Shown here: positions 21,010-32,074 of the stretch, one piece after another
How positions within the stretch are numbered: position 1 is the stretch's first letter
Layout of the letters: every line of letters starts with the position of its first letter
From: an uncultured bacterium
Lineage (GTDB): Bacteria > JAJVIF01 > JAPKYR01
NCBI GenBank assembly: GCA_965369865.1
Contig: CBDURU010000004.1
Span: forward strand, 10,493-74,492
DNA: 64,000 nucleotides
Direction: 5' to 3'
Notes under the pieces: model-generated
Seen by the model: only the letters and a program-made list of their open reading frames with translations
Database searches by the model: none
Told to the model about the DNA's origin: nothing
Translations under genes and position numbers: made by a program

Positions 21010-24000
21010 AAACCTCACCAGAAGCCAGATCGCCGCGACCACTATCCCTGTCGGAATTCTGATTGTCTCAGCCGGAGCGGGGACCGGCAAAACCACGGTT
21101 CTCAGCCATACAGTTACCGGTAAAATGGTCGCGGCTGATAATGCGAAAATCGATGAACTCCTTGTTTTGACATTCACAAGAAAAGCCGCGGTCGAGATGG
21201 CTGAACGTATCGCGGAACGGTTGAAGGAAATGGCGGGGGAATCGGAGGATCGAGAGGAAAAGAAGCGGCTCCTTGACGCGGCAAGCCAGGTTCCCGATGC
21301 GGCAATCGAAACACTCGACGCGTTCGCGGTAAAAATGCTTCGTGATAACCCATCCGAAACAGGACTCGATCCGGATTTCGAGGTACTGAGTGAGGAGAGG
21401 AATCTCGAAATCGGGCATGAAGCAGGGCGAAAGCTTCTCGAAGACTGGCTGGCACATCCTCCCCATGAATTGTGGCCGGAGGTTGTGAAGGGGATCGAGC
21501 TTGAAAACTGGCCGTGGATTTTTCACAGGCTGGACCAGCACCTGATGACCCGTCGGGCGATGAATTTGCCCGCACTGTTAATGGGTCGGGATGCTGGGAC
21601 AGATGAAGATATCGATAAAATTATCCGGGAACTCAAAGAGGAACGAGATCGCAGGTTCCGGGAGTGCCTGAATGAGATTCTTGGAGAAATTGAGCCAATA
21701 GATGAATTAATTGAAGAAACAATCAGGATTGGAGAGGAGGGTGGACAAAAATTTACCGAGAAAGCGAAACAAGTCCAAGAGGTTCTTCCCGAACTCCTGG
21801 CATGGTTGAAGGCTAAAAACCTTGACTGGAATGCGTCGATCATTCAGAAAGTCAGTAAATGGCAGCTTTTTAGGACTTCCAAAGATGAGCCGGGTGAAGC
21901 TAACAGACTGGTGAAATTACTGAGAAACCACCTGACTTCCGATACGAAATCGGTTAAGGATATCGAGAAAAGTGAGAGATTACGCGCACTGAGCCTTGAA
22001 ACCGAGATGTTTAAATATCGCCTGCCGCTCGCTTCGGCACTAATGGAATTCCACAATGCGGCTCTTCTGGCAAGGCGAAGCCATAATGCCCTTTCATTCG
22101 CCGACTGCGAAATTGAGGCTCTCGATCTCCTTGAGAATTTCCCGGCTATCCGTAATAAATACAACAAACAGTACCGGTACGTAATTGTCGATGAATACCA
22201 GGACATAAATCCCTTACAGCAGGAACTTATTTTCAAACTCGCGAGGCAATCGAAAGAAAAAACTGAATTACCATCGAACCTTTATGTGGTCGGGGATGAA
22301 AGGCAGAGCATTTATGGTTTCCGCGACGCTGATTTCCGATTACTGAGGAACCTCCGGGTAAATATGCAAGGCGTCAGGGATAAAAACGCCGGGGACAGGA
22401 TTCTCAATGAGAATTTCCGATCCCGTCCCCAGATTCTCAATTTCACGAACCATTTATTCCGTACGATCTGGGGATCGCGGTCCGATACGAATGAAATTGA
22501 ACATACCGACCTGAAACCGTCATTTGAATATTATTTCCGGGATGGAGAATCGGAAAGGCCACGGATCGAATTGCATGTAATCAAGGCGGGAGATTCAATT
22601 ACGGGGAAACTTCGCGAGGCTGCTGTAGTGGCTAAACGAATCTATGAAATAGTAAATAATAAAGAAATTCAAATCACCGAGAAAACCGGATCGGTAAGAA
22701 AAATTGAATGGGGCGACTGCGCAGTCCTGATGAGTAAACGTGCCGGATTATCGTTGATGGAGCACGCGTTATCATCGCTTGGCGTACCGTTTGTAACCGA
22801 GTCCGGAGGCGGGTTCTGGGACACATCGGAAGCGTCGGACCTCATCTCGCTACTGTACTGCTTCTCAAAAAGTGTCGATAATCTCGACTGGGCAGTTCTT
22901 CTAAGGAGCCCGATAATCGGGATCTCGGATGACGGCCTTATGGAAATATCACTAGTGTCCGACCGTGGAAACTGGCGCGATGTATTCAAAACGGTTTCCC
23001 TCGGGGATGATTCAAATCGGCGAAAACTTGCTACATTTATTGACTGGTTCGAGTCGGTTGAAAAATCAGCGGGACGAGTTCCTGTTACCGAGCTGGTCGA
23101 TAAAGCGATGCAAAGCTCAGGTTATCTTGAGAAAGCATTCGCGCAGGACCGTGGACGGGTGATCCGCGCAAACATCGAGAAATTTATATCGTTCCTGATG
23201 GCGGAACCGGATTTATTCGATCCAGGAGTCGCGGCGAATTATCTGACATGGCTGCGGGATGAAAATGTCCAGGCCGCGCAGGCAGGCGTGGCGCCGGCCG
23301 ACAACAAAGGCGCGGTGGTACTCGCGACAGTACACGCGTCGAAAGGCCGTGAATGGCCGCTGGTTGTTCTAGCGGATTTGAATTCGGGCGGACGCTCCAA
23401 CAGACCGGAGAATCTAACATGGGATGAGAATTCCGGCCTGGGATTCAAATGGCTGAATCCCGCGACAGGTGAATCGGAAAGTTCATCGAGTCACCATGCG
23501 GCTTCCGAGGTCGCTAACGAACGGGATAATTCAGAGAGTAAGCGGGTTATGTATGTCGCGTTGACCCGTGCGAGGGAATATTTAATCCTGTCGGGTTACT
23601 TACAATTAAACAAGAAAAAAGATGGGTGGATAGGTTTCAAGGAAAATGATTTTAAGAAGCGAACTAATTCGAGCTGGCTTTCAGCAATAGATTATGTTTT
23701 CACTCAAACGGAAGAATCGTTTGTTGGAAAACCCGATGACGATCCTGCGACTGAATTAACCCTGATGGTCGCCGAGCCTCAGGATCCGGAATCGGATAAA
23801 GGTCCGATGCCTCTAGAGAAACGAAATGTGGAACTGAAAGTCAAACGTGTAATTCATGATAAAACACCAGACCTGAAACCGGCTGCAGGGCAAAAAACTG
23901 AACTGGGAGACCGGTACCGAGCGAAGTTAAAATCGATCACAAGGCTTCCGGAACCTGTTACAAATCGTTATCTCATTACCGCGACCGAGATCGCGAATTT

Positions 24001-24787
24001 CGAAAAATGTCCAAGGATGTACGCGTACAGGTCGGTATGGAATGTCCCGCAAATAAAGCATGATGGATGGATTCCAGCTACCGATGAAGATTTCATTGAT
24101 GATCCGGGTGATGAAAATTTCCTGGCAGAAGAAAATGAAACATCCGAAAATTTCGAGCTGCCGTCAAGTGAATGGGGAAATCTAGCGCATAAGCTTATGG
24201 AGAAAGTCGATTTCGATGCTACTGAGGACCGGATCCGGACAACTGTGGAAGGACTTGTTGATGAAAATAACCGCGATCGAGTGAACATATCGCGGTTGGC
24301 TGAAATGGCCGTAAAAACTCTCAAGCTGCCGATTTTTCAATCGTTTGAGTCATTTAAAAAGGAGTATCGTCTGATCGGGAAGATTGGCGATTCAAAAGAA
24401 ACCGTGCTGGGGACCCTGGATTTACTTCTGGAGAAAGATGGAAAGCTATTAGTTATCGATTACAAGTCAGGAAAGGTCAAAGAGGATGAAACTCCAGAGA
24501 AAGCCCGGTCATATTCAGCGCAGCTTTCGGTCTACGCTCATCTTGTGTCGGCTTATAAAAACATCCCGCTTGATAAAATCGAAACATGGATAATTTTTCT
24601 CCACCTGGCGAAACCTGAAAAGGTCGATTTATCGGAGGAAGATTATGAGGGGACATTGGAAGTGTTGAAAGATTTAACCGAATCGTCGAGGAAGAATGTA
24701 TTCAAGGAAGATCCCAATGAGAGTAATTGCAGATGGTGTGATTACAGGGATATTTGCGGGTCTGCATGGTCGGCATCAAAACAATGA
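21002..24787 (+). CDS. addA: AddA-like UvrD helicase/nuclease subunit (start moved to ATG 21002)
   Basis: AGAGTGKT, TFTRKAA, DEYQD, GDERQSIYGFR, NFRS, TVHASKGREW, YVALTRA; C-terminal GTLDL...IDYKS nuclease. Confidence 0.88.
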   Translation: MAENLTRSQIAATTIPVGILIVSAGAGTGKTTVLSHTVTGKMVAADNAKIDELLVLTFTRKAAVEMAERIAERLKEMAGESEDREEKKRLLDAASQVPDAAIETLDAFAVKMLRDNPSETGLDPDFEVLSEERNLEIGHEAGRKLLEDWLAHPPHELWPEVVKGIELENWPWIFHRLDQHLMTRRAMNLPALLMGRDAGTDEDIDKIIRELKEERDRRFRECLNEILGEIEPIDELIEETIRIGEEGGQKFTEKAKQVQEVLPELLAWLKAKNLDWNASIIQKVSKWQLFRTSKDEPGEANRLVKLLRNHLTSDTKSVKDIEKSERLRALSLETEMFKYRLPLASALMEFHNAALLARRSHNALSFADCEIEALDLLENFPAIRNKYNKQYRYVIVDEYQDINPLQQELIFKLARQSKEKTELPSNLYVVGDERQSIYGFRDADFRLLRNLRVNMQGVRDKNAGDRILNENFRSRPQILNFTNHLFRTIWGSRSDTNEIEHTDLKPSFEYYFRDGESERPRIELHVIKAGDSITGKLREAAVVAKRIYEIVNNKEIQITEKTGSVRKIEWGDCAVLMSKRAGLSLMEHALSSLGVPFVTESGGGFWDTSEASDLISLLYCFSKSVDNLDWAVLLRSPIIGISDDGLMEISLVSDRGNWRDVFKTVSLGDDSNRRKLATFIDWFESVEKSAGRVPVTELVDKAMQSSGYLEKAFAQDRGRVIRANIEKFISFLMAEPDLFDPGVAANYLTWLRDENVQAAQAGVAPADNKGAVVLATVHASKGREWPLVVLADLNSGGRSNRPENLTWDENSGLGFKWLNPATGESESSSSHHAASEVANERDNSESKRVMYVALTRAREYLILSGYLQLNKKKDGWIGFKENDFKKRTNSSWLSAIDYVFTQTEESFVGKPDDDPATELTLMVAEPQDPESDKGPMPLEKRNVELKVKRVIHDKTPDLKPAAGQKTELGDRYRAKLKSITRLPEPVTNRYLITATEIANFEKCPRMYAYRSVWNVPQIKHDGWIPATDEDFIDDPGDENFLAEENETSENFELPSSEWGNLAHKLMEKVDFDATEDRIRTTVEGLVDENNRDRVNISRLAEMAVKTLKLPIFQSFESFKKEYRLIGKIGDSKETVLGTLDLLLEKDGKLLVIDYKSGKVKEDETPEKARSYSAQLSVYAHLVSAYKNIPLDKIETWIIFLHLAKPEKVDLSEEDYEGTLEVLKDLTESSRKNVFKEDPNESNCRWCDYRDICGSAWSASKQ

Positions 24788-24790
24788 ACG

Positions 24791-25960
24791 TCAGTGATGT
24801 TTTAATGCTGATAACCGATCCCCTACCTCCTCCCAGAATTCATCTATCCCCTCGCCTGTGATCCCCGACACCCTCAGGCCATTCGTTACGGTTCGAATAT
24901 CAATCGTGATCTCCTCGGGGTTCTCGGATGTGCCATCACCAGGCGACTCCTTTTCCGGTGAATAAAGATCACACTTGGAAAATACAAGGATCCTCGGGAT
25001 TTTTCCAGCCCCGATTTCTAAGAGCGTCTTTTCCACAACATCGAGTTTCTGTTCCCAGTCAGCTTCGGTGCCGTCAATAACAATCACAAGGAGGTTTGAA
25101 AAAACCGCTTCCTCCAGGGTCGCGCGGAAAGCCGCCACCAATGCTGTCGGCAGACGATCGATAAACCCGACCGTATCGGTCACCAGCAACTCCCTTCCAA
25201 GAGCCTGCGAATATGTTTTTCTTGTCAGGGGATCGAGGGTCGCGAACAGGCGGTTATCGGTATAGGCCTGGGGTTTCCCCGGTCCGGTAAGTTTATTCAG
25301 AAGAGTGCTTTTCCCTGCATTCGTGTAACCGACAAGAGCGATCATCGGAATCCCGGAAGCCTTCCTCCGCTTACGCTGGATCTCCCGGCGGCTGCCGATC
25401 CGGTCGATCTTTACCCTGAGATTTGAAAGGCGTTTTCTAATCACGCGCCTGTCGGTCTCAAGTTTCGTTTCACCAGGACCCCTCGTACCGATCCCACCGC
25501 CAAGCGCCGAAAGTTCCTGGCCTCCCCTTCCCTTGAGCCTTGGAAGGAGGTAAGTAAGTTGAGCGTGCTCGACCTGTAATTTCCCCTCGCTTGTCTGGGC
25601 ACGCATGGCGAAAATCTGGAGGATGACTTCCGTGCGATCGAGAACTTCGCATCCAATCTCGTCCTCAATACTCGCCCGTTGCGATCCGGAAAGGTCCTCA
25701 TCGACACACAAAAGCGTGGCGTTCATACGCCGGATTTCGTTACCCGCGAGACCGAGCAGGTGCGACGAGATCAGCGTACGGCTTTCCGGCTTCATGTTGC
25801 TCTGGAAAACCTCACCTGTAATTTCCGCACCCATGCTCTCGACCAGTTGGCGCAGCTCATCGAGGGGATCATCGAGTTTCGAAACAGCGTCACGCTTATT
25901 TTTTAATGTAAAACCGACCAGCACCGCTGTCGGGACAAGTTTTTCAGTTTCATGCAGCAT
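24791..25960 (-). CDS. hflX: GTPase HflX
   Basis: GGGIGTRGPGETKLETDRR, GYTNAGKST, LFATLDP and DTVGFI motifs. Confidence 0.95.
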   Translation of the reverse strand: MLHETEKLVPTAVLVGFTLKNKRDAVSKLDDPLDELRQLVESMGAEITGEVFQSNMKPESRTLISSHLLGLAGNEIRRMNATLLCVDEDLSGSQRASIEDEIGCEVLDRTEVILQIFAMRAQTSEGKLQVEHAQLTYLLPRLKGRGGQELSALGGGIGTRGPGETKLETDRRVIRKRLSNLRVKIDRIGSRREIQRKRRKASGIPMIALVGYTNAGKSTLLNKLTGPGKPQAYTDNRLFATLDPLTRKTYSQALGRELLVTDTVGFIDRLPTALVAAFRATLEEAVFSNLLVIVIDGTEADWEQKLDVVEKTLLEIGAGKIPRILVFSKCDLYSPEKESPGDGTSENPEEITIDIRTVTNGLRVSGITGEGIDEFWEEVGDRLSALKHH

Positions 25961-26010
25961 TTAGTTTTATTATTGAGTAATGAAACCCGGGTCATACAAA
26001 ATCCCAGGTT

Positions 26011-26286
26011 TCATCCCATCCGGTAATATTTCCTGACCCCCCTTGTGATTTTCCAGGTGCACTTCATGCCTTTCGGGAATGTTACAAGGTCATCTTTGCC
26101 CATCGATACCGGGCTTCCCCCTTCCGGTGTGACCTCAACTTCTCCCTCGATGAAAAAACAAGTTTCTTTTTCGGAATATTCCCACTCAAATTCACTTACT
26201 TCCTTAGACCATTGCCCCCAGTTGTAGATGCCCATTTCCTCAAGTCTTTGCTGTTTGGGTTTGTGTTCGACGATGATCTCATCCAT
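26011..26286 (-). CDS. Cupin domain protein (DUF861/EutQ-like)
   Basis: W..EVSEFEWEY...ETC..IEGEV...DLVTFPKG..CTW pattern. Confidence 0.85.
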   Translation of the reverse strand: MDEIIVEHKPKQQRLEEMGIYNWGQWSKEVSEFEWEYSEKETCFFIEGEVEVTPEGGSPVSMGKDDLVTFPKGMKCTWKITRGVRKYYRMG

Positions 26287-26346
26287 AGCAGGTCCTCCCT
26301 GATTTTATTGGTTTTTTAAAATCGCTATTGAATTATTTCCTATGTA

Positions 26347-27600
26347 TTATTTTATTACCCAATGCCCCCCGATGGCAACCGATTTTACATGGTTAACCGC
26401 GTGATGGTATGGAATTTCCGCAATGTCATTTGTGTCCCAGATCACGAAATCCGCCGATTTCCCGATCTCGATCGATCCGATTTCCTCGTCCATCCCAATC
26501 GCTTTCGCGGCGTTGATTGTCACCATGCTGAACGCTTCTTCCGGCTGCAATCCATAATAGAGGCAGGCAACATTCAAAATCCACTGAAGATTTTCGGTCC
26601 TTGAAGATCCAGGATTATTATCTGTCGCGAGGGCGAGAAGGCATCCCGCGTCCACCATTTTCCTGCACGGCGCGAAGGGTTTTTTCAAAAAATAGCTCGT
26701 GCCCGGAAGAAGGCATCCGACAGTTTCCGATCCTGCAAGTTTACCAATTCCCTCATCCGTGATCGCTATAAGGTGATCGACTGAAAAGCTTCCGAGGCCG
26801 ACACACATTTCAGTGCCGCCAAGCGAAACAATTTCATCGCAATGGACCTTGGCGTCCATTCCATGCTTTTTACCAGCCTCCAGAATTCGTTTCCCCTGCT
26901 CGACTGAGAAAACGCCGTCCTCGATAAAGACATCGCAGAAATCAGCAAGGTTACCGGCCGCGATCATCGGGATCATTTCGTTACAGACTAGATCGACATA
27001 CTTATCCGGGTCATTCTTAAATTCCCTGGGGATCGCATGTGCTCCGAGAAATGTCGATTTAACGCGCATTGGTTGAGTGTTGGAGAGAGTTTTTATCGCG
27101 TTGAGGATTTTTAATTCTGTCTTGGTGTCGAGACCGTATCCGGATTTTATTTCGATACTGGTAACTCCAAATGATAACGACCTCGATAGCGATTCCCGTC
27201 CGATCTCCACAAGCTGGCCCGGGGAAGATTCGCGGGTTACATCAGTCGAATTGAGGATTCCCCCGCCGGACTTGAGAATATCCATATAATCCATTCCCTG
27301 GCAGCGCATTACAAATTCATTCGCACGCGACCCGGCATTGACCGAATGAGTATGGCTGTCGATGAGTCCCGGAGTGACGATCCTTCCTCCGGCGTTATGC
27401 CATGTCGCCTCCTTGAACTTAACAGCATCGCGAATTTCATCGGGGGTTCCAACCAGTGCGATATTACCGCTGCCGGTCCATGCAATCGCGCCAGGGGAGA
27501 CTGGCGCGGTATTTTTAAGTTCTTTCCCTCGACGGGGACCACCCTCGAAAGTATGGAGGGTGCCGATATTGGTGAGGACATGGATTTCATTCGAACTCAT
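26347..27600 (-). CDS. hutI: Imidazolonepropionase
   Basis: PGLIDSHTH, EIKSGYGL, FLGAHA, DVFIE and ATDNNPGS motifs. Confidence 0.93.
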   Translation of the reverse strand: MSSNEIHVLTNIGTLHTFEGGPRRGKELKNTAPVSPGAIAWTGSGNIALVGTPDEIRDAVKFKEATWHNAGGRIVTPGLIDSHTHSVNAGSRANEFVMRCQGMDYMDILKSGGGILNSTDVTRESSPGQLVEIGRESLSRSLSFGVTSIEIKSGYGLDTKTELKILNAIKTLSNTQPMRVKSTFLGAHAIPREFKNDPDKYVDLVCNEMIPMIAAGNLADFCDVFIEDGVFSVEQGKRILEAGKKHGMDAKVHCDEIVSLGGTEMCVGLGSFSVDHLIAITDEGIGKLAGSETVGCLLPGTSYFLKKPFAPCRKMVDAGCLLALATDNNPGSSRTENLQWILNVACLYYGLQPEEAFSMVTINAAKAIGMDEEIGSIEIGKSADFVIWDTNDIAEIPYHHAVNHVKSVAIGGHWVIK

Positions 27601-27729
27601 ACAATCCTCCGTGAACGGATAAATATACCAGACATTAACCTGTGAATGTACCCGCCAGCTTACCGCATTTGGCTATTAACTGAATTGTCCAATCCGTTCG
27701 TGAATGATAGAATACGCTTGGTTCCAACT

Positions 27730-28515
27730 ATGAAACTTTCCGTAATCATACCTGTTTACAATGAAGAATCCACTGTAGGTGAACTCCTGGAAAAAGTATT
27801 GGCTGTCGATATCCCGAAGGAAGTAATAGTGGTCGATGACGGCAGCCGCGATTCGTCGATTGATATTGTAAGGGACAAGGCGGCACACACCGACCAGGTG
27901 ATAAAAGTCCGGTCACACGAGGTTAATGTCGGGAAAGGGGCCGCCATCCGCATGGGAATACTTCATGCGACCGGCGATGTTGTACTTATCCAGGACGCGG
28001 ACCTCGAACTCGACCCGAAGGAATACCACATGCTGATAGCTCCGTTTAAGTCGGGTGTCGCGGATGTGGTCTACGGATCGAGATTCCGTAACAGGGGATA
28101 TTTCTGGCATTACAGGCAGGTTCCGTTTTTTTCAAGATTAGTAAATTTTCTACTCGCATTAACGGTCAATTTGTTCTGGTGGAAGGCGAAAATCACCGAT
28201 GAAGCTACCGCGTACAAGGTTTTCAGGACCGACCTTCTCAAATCATTACCTCTGAAATGCAACGGGTTTGAATTCTGTCCCGAGGTCACCGCGCTGATTC
28301 TCAACCGGGGTATTAATATCAGGGAAGTTCCAATCACCTATCATCCAAGGACGGTCGAGGAAGGGAAGAAGGTCACATGGAAGGACGGCGTAAAAGCTTT
28401 CTGGACCCTGTTCAAGTACAGATTCCTCGAACGGGAAGATGTACGGGCACCTGATAAAATTCAAAAACCCGAAAGCGAGTCGGAAGATAACTCAGATGAA
28501 ATTCATTTTGAGTAG
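27730..28515 (+). CDS. Family 2 glycosyltransferase (DPM1-like; start moved to ATG 27730)
   Basis: SVIIPVYNEE, VDDGSRD, GKGAA, QDADLE and VYGSRF motifs. Confidence 0.9.
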   Translation: MKLSVIIPVYNEESTVGELLEKVLAVDIPKEVIVVDDGSRDSSIDIVRDKAAHTDQVIKVRSHEVNVGKGAAIRMGILHATGDVVLIQDADLELDPKEYHMLIAPFKSGVADVVYGSRFRNRGYFWHYRQVPFFSRLVNFLLALTVNLFWWKAKITDEATAYKVFRTDLLKSLPLKCNGFEFCPEVTALILNRGINIREVPITYHPRTVEEGKKVTWKDGVKAFWTLFKYRFLEREDVRAPDKIQKPESESEDNSDEIHFE

Positions 28516-28628
28516 GAGAGGGGGTATGTCAAAGTTAACTTATTAGAATTTATATTTTAAATAGTTTTGTTTTTAGTTATACTTATACCAGATAATCAAA
28601 AAATTTCTTCTGTACAGTAGGAATTGGC

Positions 28629-29291
28629 ATGGATAATTTTAATGGAAATCACGACAGTCCTTCCCCAACCGAAAAACCTACAGTAGAAAAACAAAGCCCA
28701 CCACCAGATTTTATAGAATTTTACAGGAATATTCCGAATGAAAATCTTAAGAAAATATTCTTGGGGGCAATCCTAGTCCTGTATTCAAAGAACGATGATA
28801 AAATTGCTTTGGCTTCACATGGTTTTAGGGAGTTCATGGACCATTTCCCTGGAGAAATGGGAAAAATTCCTTATCAATCAATAACTGACACAATTGAAGA
28901 AATTAAGAAACCAGTAAAATCATGGAAGAAATTAGGAGGAGAAACAACTAAAGAAAAAGTACTAGAATCAATGGTAGATTATTTAAATTTTTTAAATATA
29001 TGGAAGGCTTTTTATAAATGGTTTGAAGGTGGATATATTGCTCAAACTGATCGATGGATCCAAGCAAGTATTAATATTGATCCATCATTGGAAGAAGTTC
29101 CGGATGATTACCACGACAGCCAAATCAAACAAATCGTAAAATTAAAAAAATTTTTTATAGATGCGCTCCATCATAAGAAGGACCCAAGTTTTGATGAAAT
29201 GATCAAATATATCCGATGGTTAACACGACTCTACAAACTTTTACTACAAGCAAAAAAAAATAATCTAGATAAAGAAGAAGGTGCAATATAA
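28629..29291 (+). CDS. Hypothetical helical protein, possibly HEPN-like nuclease
   Basis: AT-rich; GA..VL...ALASHGFRE and FFIDALHH motifs; TAATG coupling to the next gene. Confidence 0.5.
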   Translation: MDNFNGNHDSPSPTEKPTVEKQSPPPDFIEFYRNIPNENLKKIFLGAILVLYSKNDDKIALASHGFREFMDHFPGEMGKIPYQSITDTIEEIKKPVKSWKKLGGETTKEKVLESMVDYLNFLNIWKAFYKWFEGGYIAQTDRWIQASINIDPSLEEVPDDYHDSQIKQIVKLKKFFIDALHHKKDPSFDEMIKYIRWLTRLYKLLLQAKKNNLDKEEGAI

Positions 29292-32074
29292 TGCCTTCAA
29301 GCAAGGATATTTTTAAGCAAATATCTCAGCTCAATACAGACGCTGAGAAAGCATTTTTTGTGAATCAAATTTCAACGCCCGAATATTTACCTGTGCTGAG
29401 GGATCTAGGATTTTTTTCCACTCCACCCTTACCTATTAAAGATGATAAAGGCGTTAAATTTGAATTATGGTATGCATCTCGCTATCTCTTAAGAATTGCT
29501 GATAAAGCGCCTGCAGAGGTTATGGCGGTAGCGAAGGAAATTCCAGAAACTGAAAATTTTCGAGTACACGAGGATATTCTCGATATTTTAATCAAGATTC
29601 CAATCACATTTGCCCTTGAATTTCTAACAATAGACAAAGCAAAATATTTCCTTGAGAATCCATACAATTATCAAGCTCCTGATAAGATATCTGAAATTAT
29701 CAGGGGGGCCGCCCTTGCAAATCACCCTGATGAAGCTCTCAATCTTGCTGAGTTAGTATTTGTAATTACCTGGCAATCTAAATTTTCAGAATTTGACGGT
29801 GAGGAGGTTGATATTGGGAATTTATTTCCTAAATTCTTTAGATCTGGAGGAAGTTATGATTTTGAAAAACAAATTCGTGCATGCAGGATTCCCCTTATTG
29901 ATTGTGCCGGATTTAAAGCTGTCAGGTTCTTTCTGGATTTACTCAGCAAAGCAATCTCTATTTCAAAAAACAAAGGCAAAACAGAATACTCGTGGGTATG
30001 GCTTCCAGCAATTGAGGAGCACGAGCAGAACGCAAGTTCAGGACTCGAAGCTGTTCTTGCAGCAAATGCAAGAGATACACTTGAGTATGTTTTCGAAATA
30101 AACCCAGTTTGGTTAGATAAAGCCCGTGAATTGCTGAGCAGATATAAGCACATTATTTTTAAGAGATTGGATTTACACATTCTAAGGCTTTTCGCTGAAC
30201 AGAATAAAGCGGATGTAGTTAATCGACTTCTGGATAAGGAATTATTTAAAAATCCAGCTTGTTATCACGAGTACACACTTCTATTACATGAGCAGTATTC
30301 TAATCTCAAACCTGTGAACCAAAACAAGTTTCTCAATTTCATTGCTGAAATTGAAGGGGATTATATAGAATCTACTCAGTTTAAATGGTTGGATTTAATT
30401 AAGAATCACCTGAAAAATAATTGGTTAAAAAAATATAAAACGTTGCAGCAAAAATATGGAGACCCTCCTTTCCCGACTTTTCTAAGTTATACAGAATCCG
30501 GACCTTGGTCAGGTCCAACTAGTCCTCTTGAAGATTTGTCCTCAATGACAGTAAAAGAAATTACTGATTTCCTTCAAACATGGAAACCTAGTGGTGAGAG
30601 GACATGGCCTCCTGAGCCATCTGCAGTAGGGTTGGGAAGGCAGCTAAAGAATGAAATTGTAGAACAACCCGTAAAATTTGCTAAAAATGCTGCAATGTTT
30701 ATAGGTGTGAACCCAAAATTCCTTATACATGTCTTTTTTGGATTTCAGAATGCTGTCAAGGGCCAGGAAAAATTTGAGTGGGATAGCATCCTGGAGCTTT
30801 GCCTGACGATAGCGAAGGGAGATTCTGGTAATTTACTTTCGGATGCAAGCACCTTATCTGAAGCCCGAAAACATGCGGCTGGCCTTTTAAAAGAAGGATT
30901 CAACAAAGGTGTGAATGAGATCCCATATAAATACAAAAAAATATCCTGGGATATCCTTGTACACCTAGCAAAAGATCCTGATCCATCACCATCTGATGAG
31001 CAAGGCTCTGGAATGGGTCCATCTCTGCAAGCCATTAACTCAGCTCGCGGCACAGCGATTGAAGCAGTAATCCTTTATGGTATTTGGCACTGGCGCAATC
31101 TCCAGGAAGTGGATAAATGGCGAGGTGTTGAATCAATACCTGAAGTTAGAGAATTACTTGAATCTCATCTCGATCCCAAAATTGACCCCTCACCCGCAAT
31201 TCGCTCTGTATATGGTATATATTTCCCCTGGTTCGAAGGAATGGACAATGCCTGGGCTAAGAAAGTTGTAGATATAATATTTCCATTGGATAAAGATCAG
31301 GTACTTTTCAATGCTGCATGGGAAACATATATTTCATACAACCATGTTTATAATAATGCAGCAATGATTTTAACAACTCGGTATGAAAAGGCAATTAGGA
31401 ACCTTGAAGTATTTGATAAAGATAATGTCACAATAGGTGACCCTGAAGCAAGGCTCGCAGAACACATGATAGTCATGTACGAACGAGACTTGATAGGCGA
31501 ACCAGACGGAGACAGCCTATTCAAATTGTTTTGGGATTATGCACCTCTCTCTGTAAGAAAGCACGCTATTTCCTCAACAGGGATTTCTCTAAGCAATACA
31601 GAAGGTGAAGTTCCAGAACAAATAAGAGAAAAATTAATCAATCTAATCAAATTCAGGATTGGAGTATTAAAGGATAAACCACTCAATGACCGGTTTGAAT
31701 TAACAGGTTTTCAGGAATGGTTTAACAGTGAGAAATTCGATATGAGTTGGGCGATTGCCAGTTTGTTAAAAATTCTAGAACTTACTGAAGGTCAACTTGA
31801 GCATGGATGGGTAACTGTAAAAAAATTGGTTGAAATCGCAGACCAATATCCTGAGCAAGTAATTAAATGTCTTTCATTAATCCTCCTCAATGATACAAGT
31901 GGATGGGTAGTTATGGGTTCTGGAAGGGAAGTAGTCCCAGCATTATTAGAGATAAAAAATAAATCTTCGGAAATAAAGCAGCTTGTAGAAGAACTTGGTG
32001 AAAGTCTGTTTCAGCAAAAGAGATTTGAGTATGCAGATCTTATGGATAAGAGTAAACTAATAATCCCTGACTAA
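29291..32074 (+). CDS. Large hypothetical protein, probably alpha-helical repeat (HEAT/ARM-like)
   Basis: 927-aa AT-rich ORF, Trp/Leu-rich amphipathic helices, no obvious TM segment or P-loop. Confidence 0.6.
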   Translation: MPSSKDIFKQISQLNTDAEKAFFVNQISTPEYLPVLRDLGFFSTPPLPIKDDKGVKFELWYASRYLLRIADKAPAEVMAVAKEIPETENFRVHEDILDILIKIPITFALEFLTIDKAKYFLENPYNYQAPDKISEIIRGAALANHPDEALNLAELVFVITWQSKFSEFDGEEVDIGNLFPKFFRSGGSYDFEKQIRACRIPLIDCAGFKAVRFFLDLLSKAISISKNKGKTEYSWVWLPAIEEHEQNASSGLEAVLAANARDTLEYVFEINPVWLDKARELLSRYKHIIFKRLDLHILRLFAEQNKADVVNRLLDKELFKNPACYHEYTLLLHEQYSNLKPVNQNKFLNFIAEIEGDYIESTQFKWLDLIKNHLKNNWLKKYKTLQQKYGDPPFPTFLSYTESGPWSGPTSPLEDLSSMTVKEITDFLQTWKPSGERTWPPEPSAVGLGRQLKNEIVEQPVKFAKNAAMFIGVNPKFLIHVFFGFQNAVKGQEKFEWDSILELCLTIAKGDSGNLLSDASTLSEARKHAAGLLKEGFNKGVNEIPYKYKKISWDILVHLAKDPDPSPSDEQGSGMGPSLQAINSARGTAIEAVILYGIWHWRNLQEVDKWRGVESIPEVRELLESHLDPKIDPSPAIRSVYGIYFPWFEGMDNAWAKKVVDIIFPLDKDQVLFNAAWETYISYNHVYNNAAMILTTRYEKAIRNLEVFDKDNVTIGDPEARLAEHMIVMYERDLIGEPDGDSLFKLFWDYAPLSVRKHAISSTGISLSNTEGEVPEQIREKLINLIKFRIGVLKDKPLNDRFELTGFQEWFNSEKFDMSWAIASLLKILELTEGQLEHGWVTVKKLVEIADQYPEQVIKCLSLILLNDTSGWVVMGSGREVVPALLEIKNKSSEIKQLVEELGESLFQQKRFEYADLMDKSKLIIPD

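Noticed and set aside
26347..27600. Solitary hutI as a novel pathway
   Set aside because: hut genes are often dispersed; nothing here suggests altered function
29251..29293. Frameshift at the A9 tract fusing the 220-aa and 927-aa ORFs
   Set aside because: The downstream frame has TAA at 29270-29272, after the tract; the SD and TAATG overlap fit translational coupling
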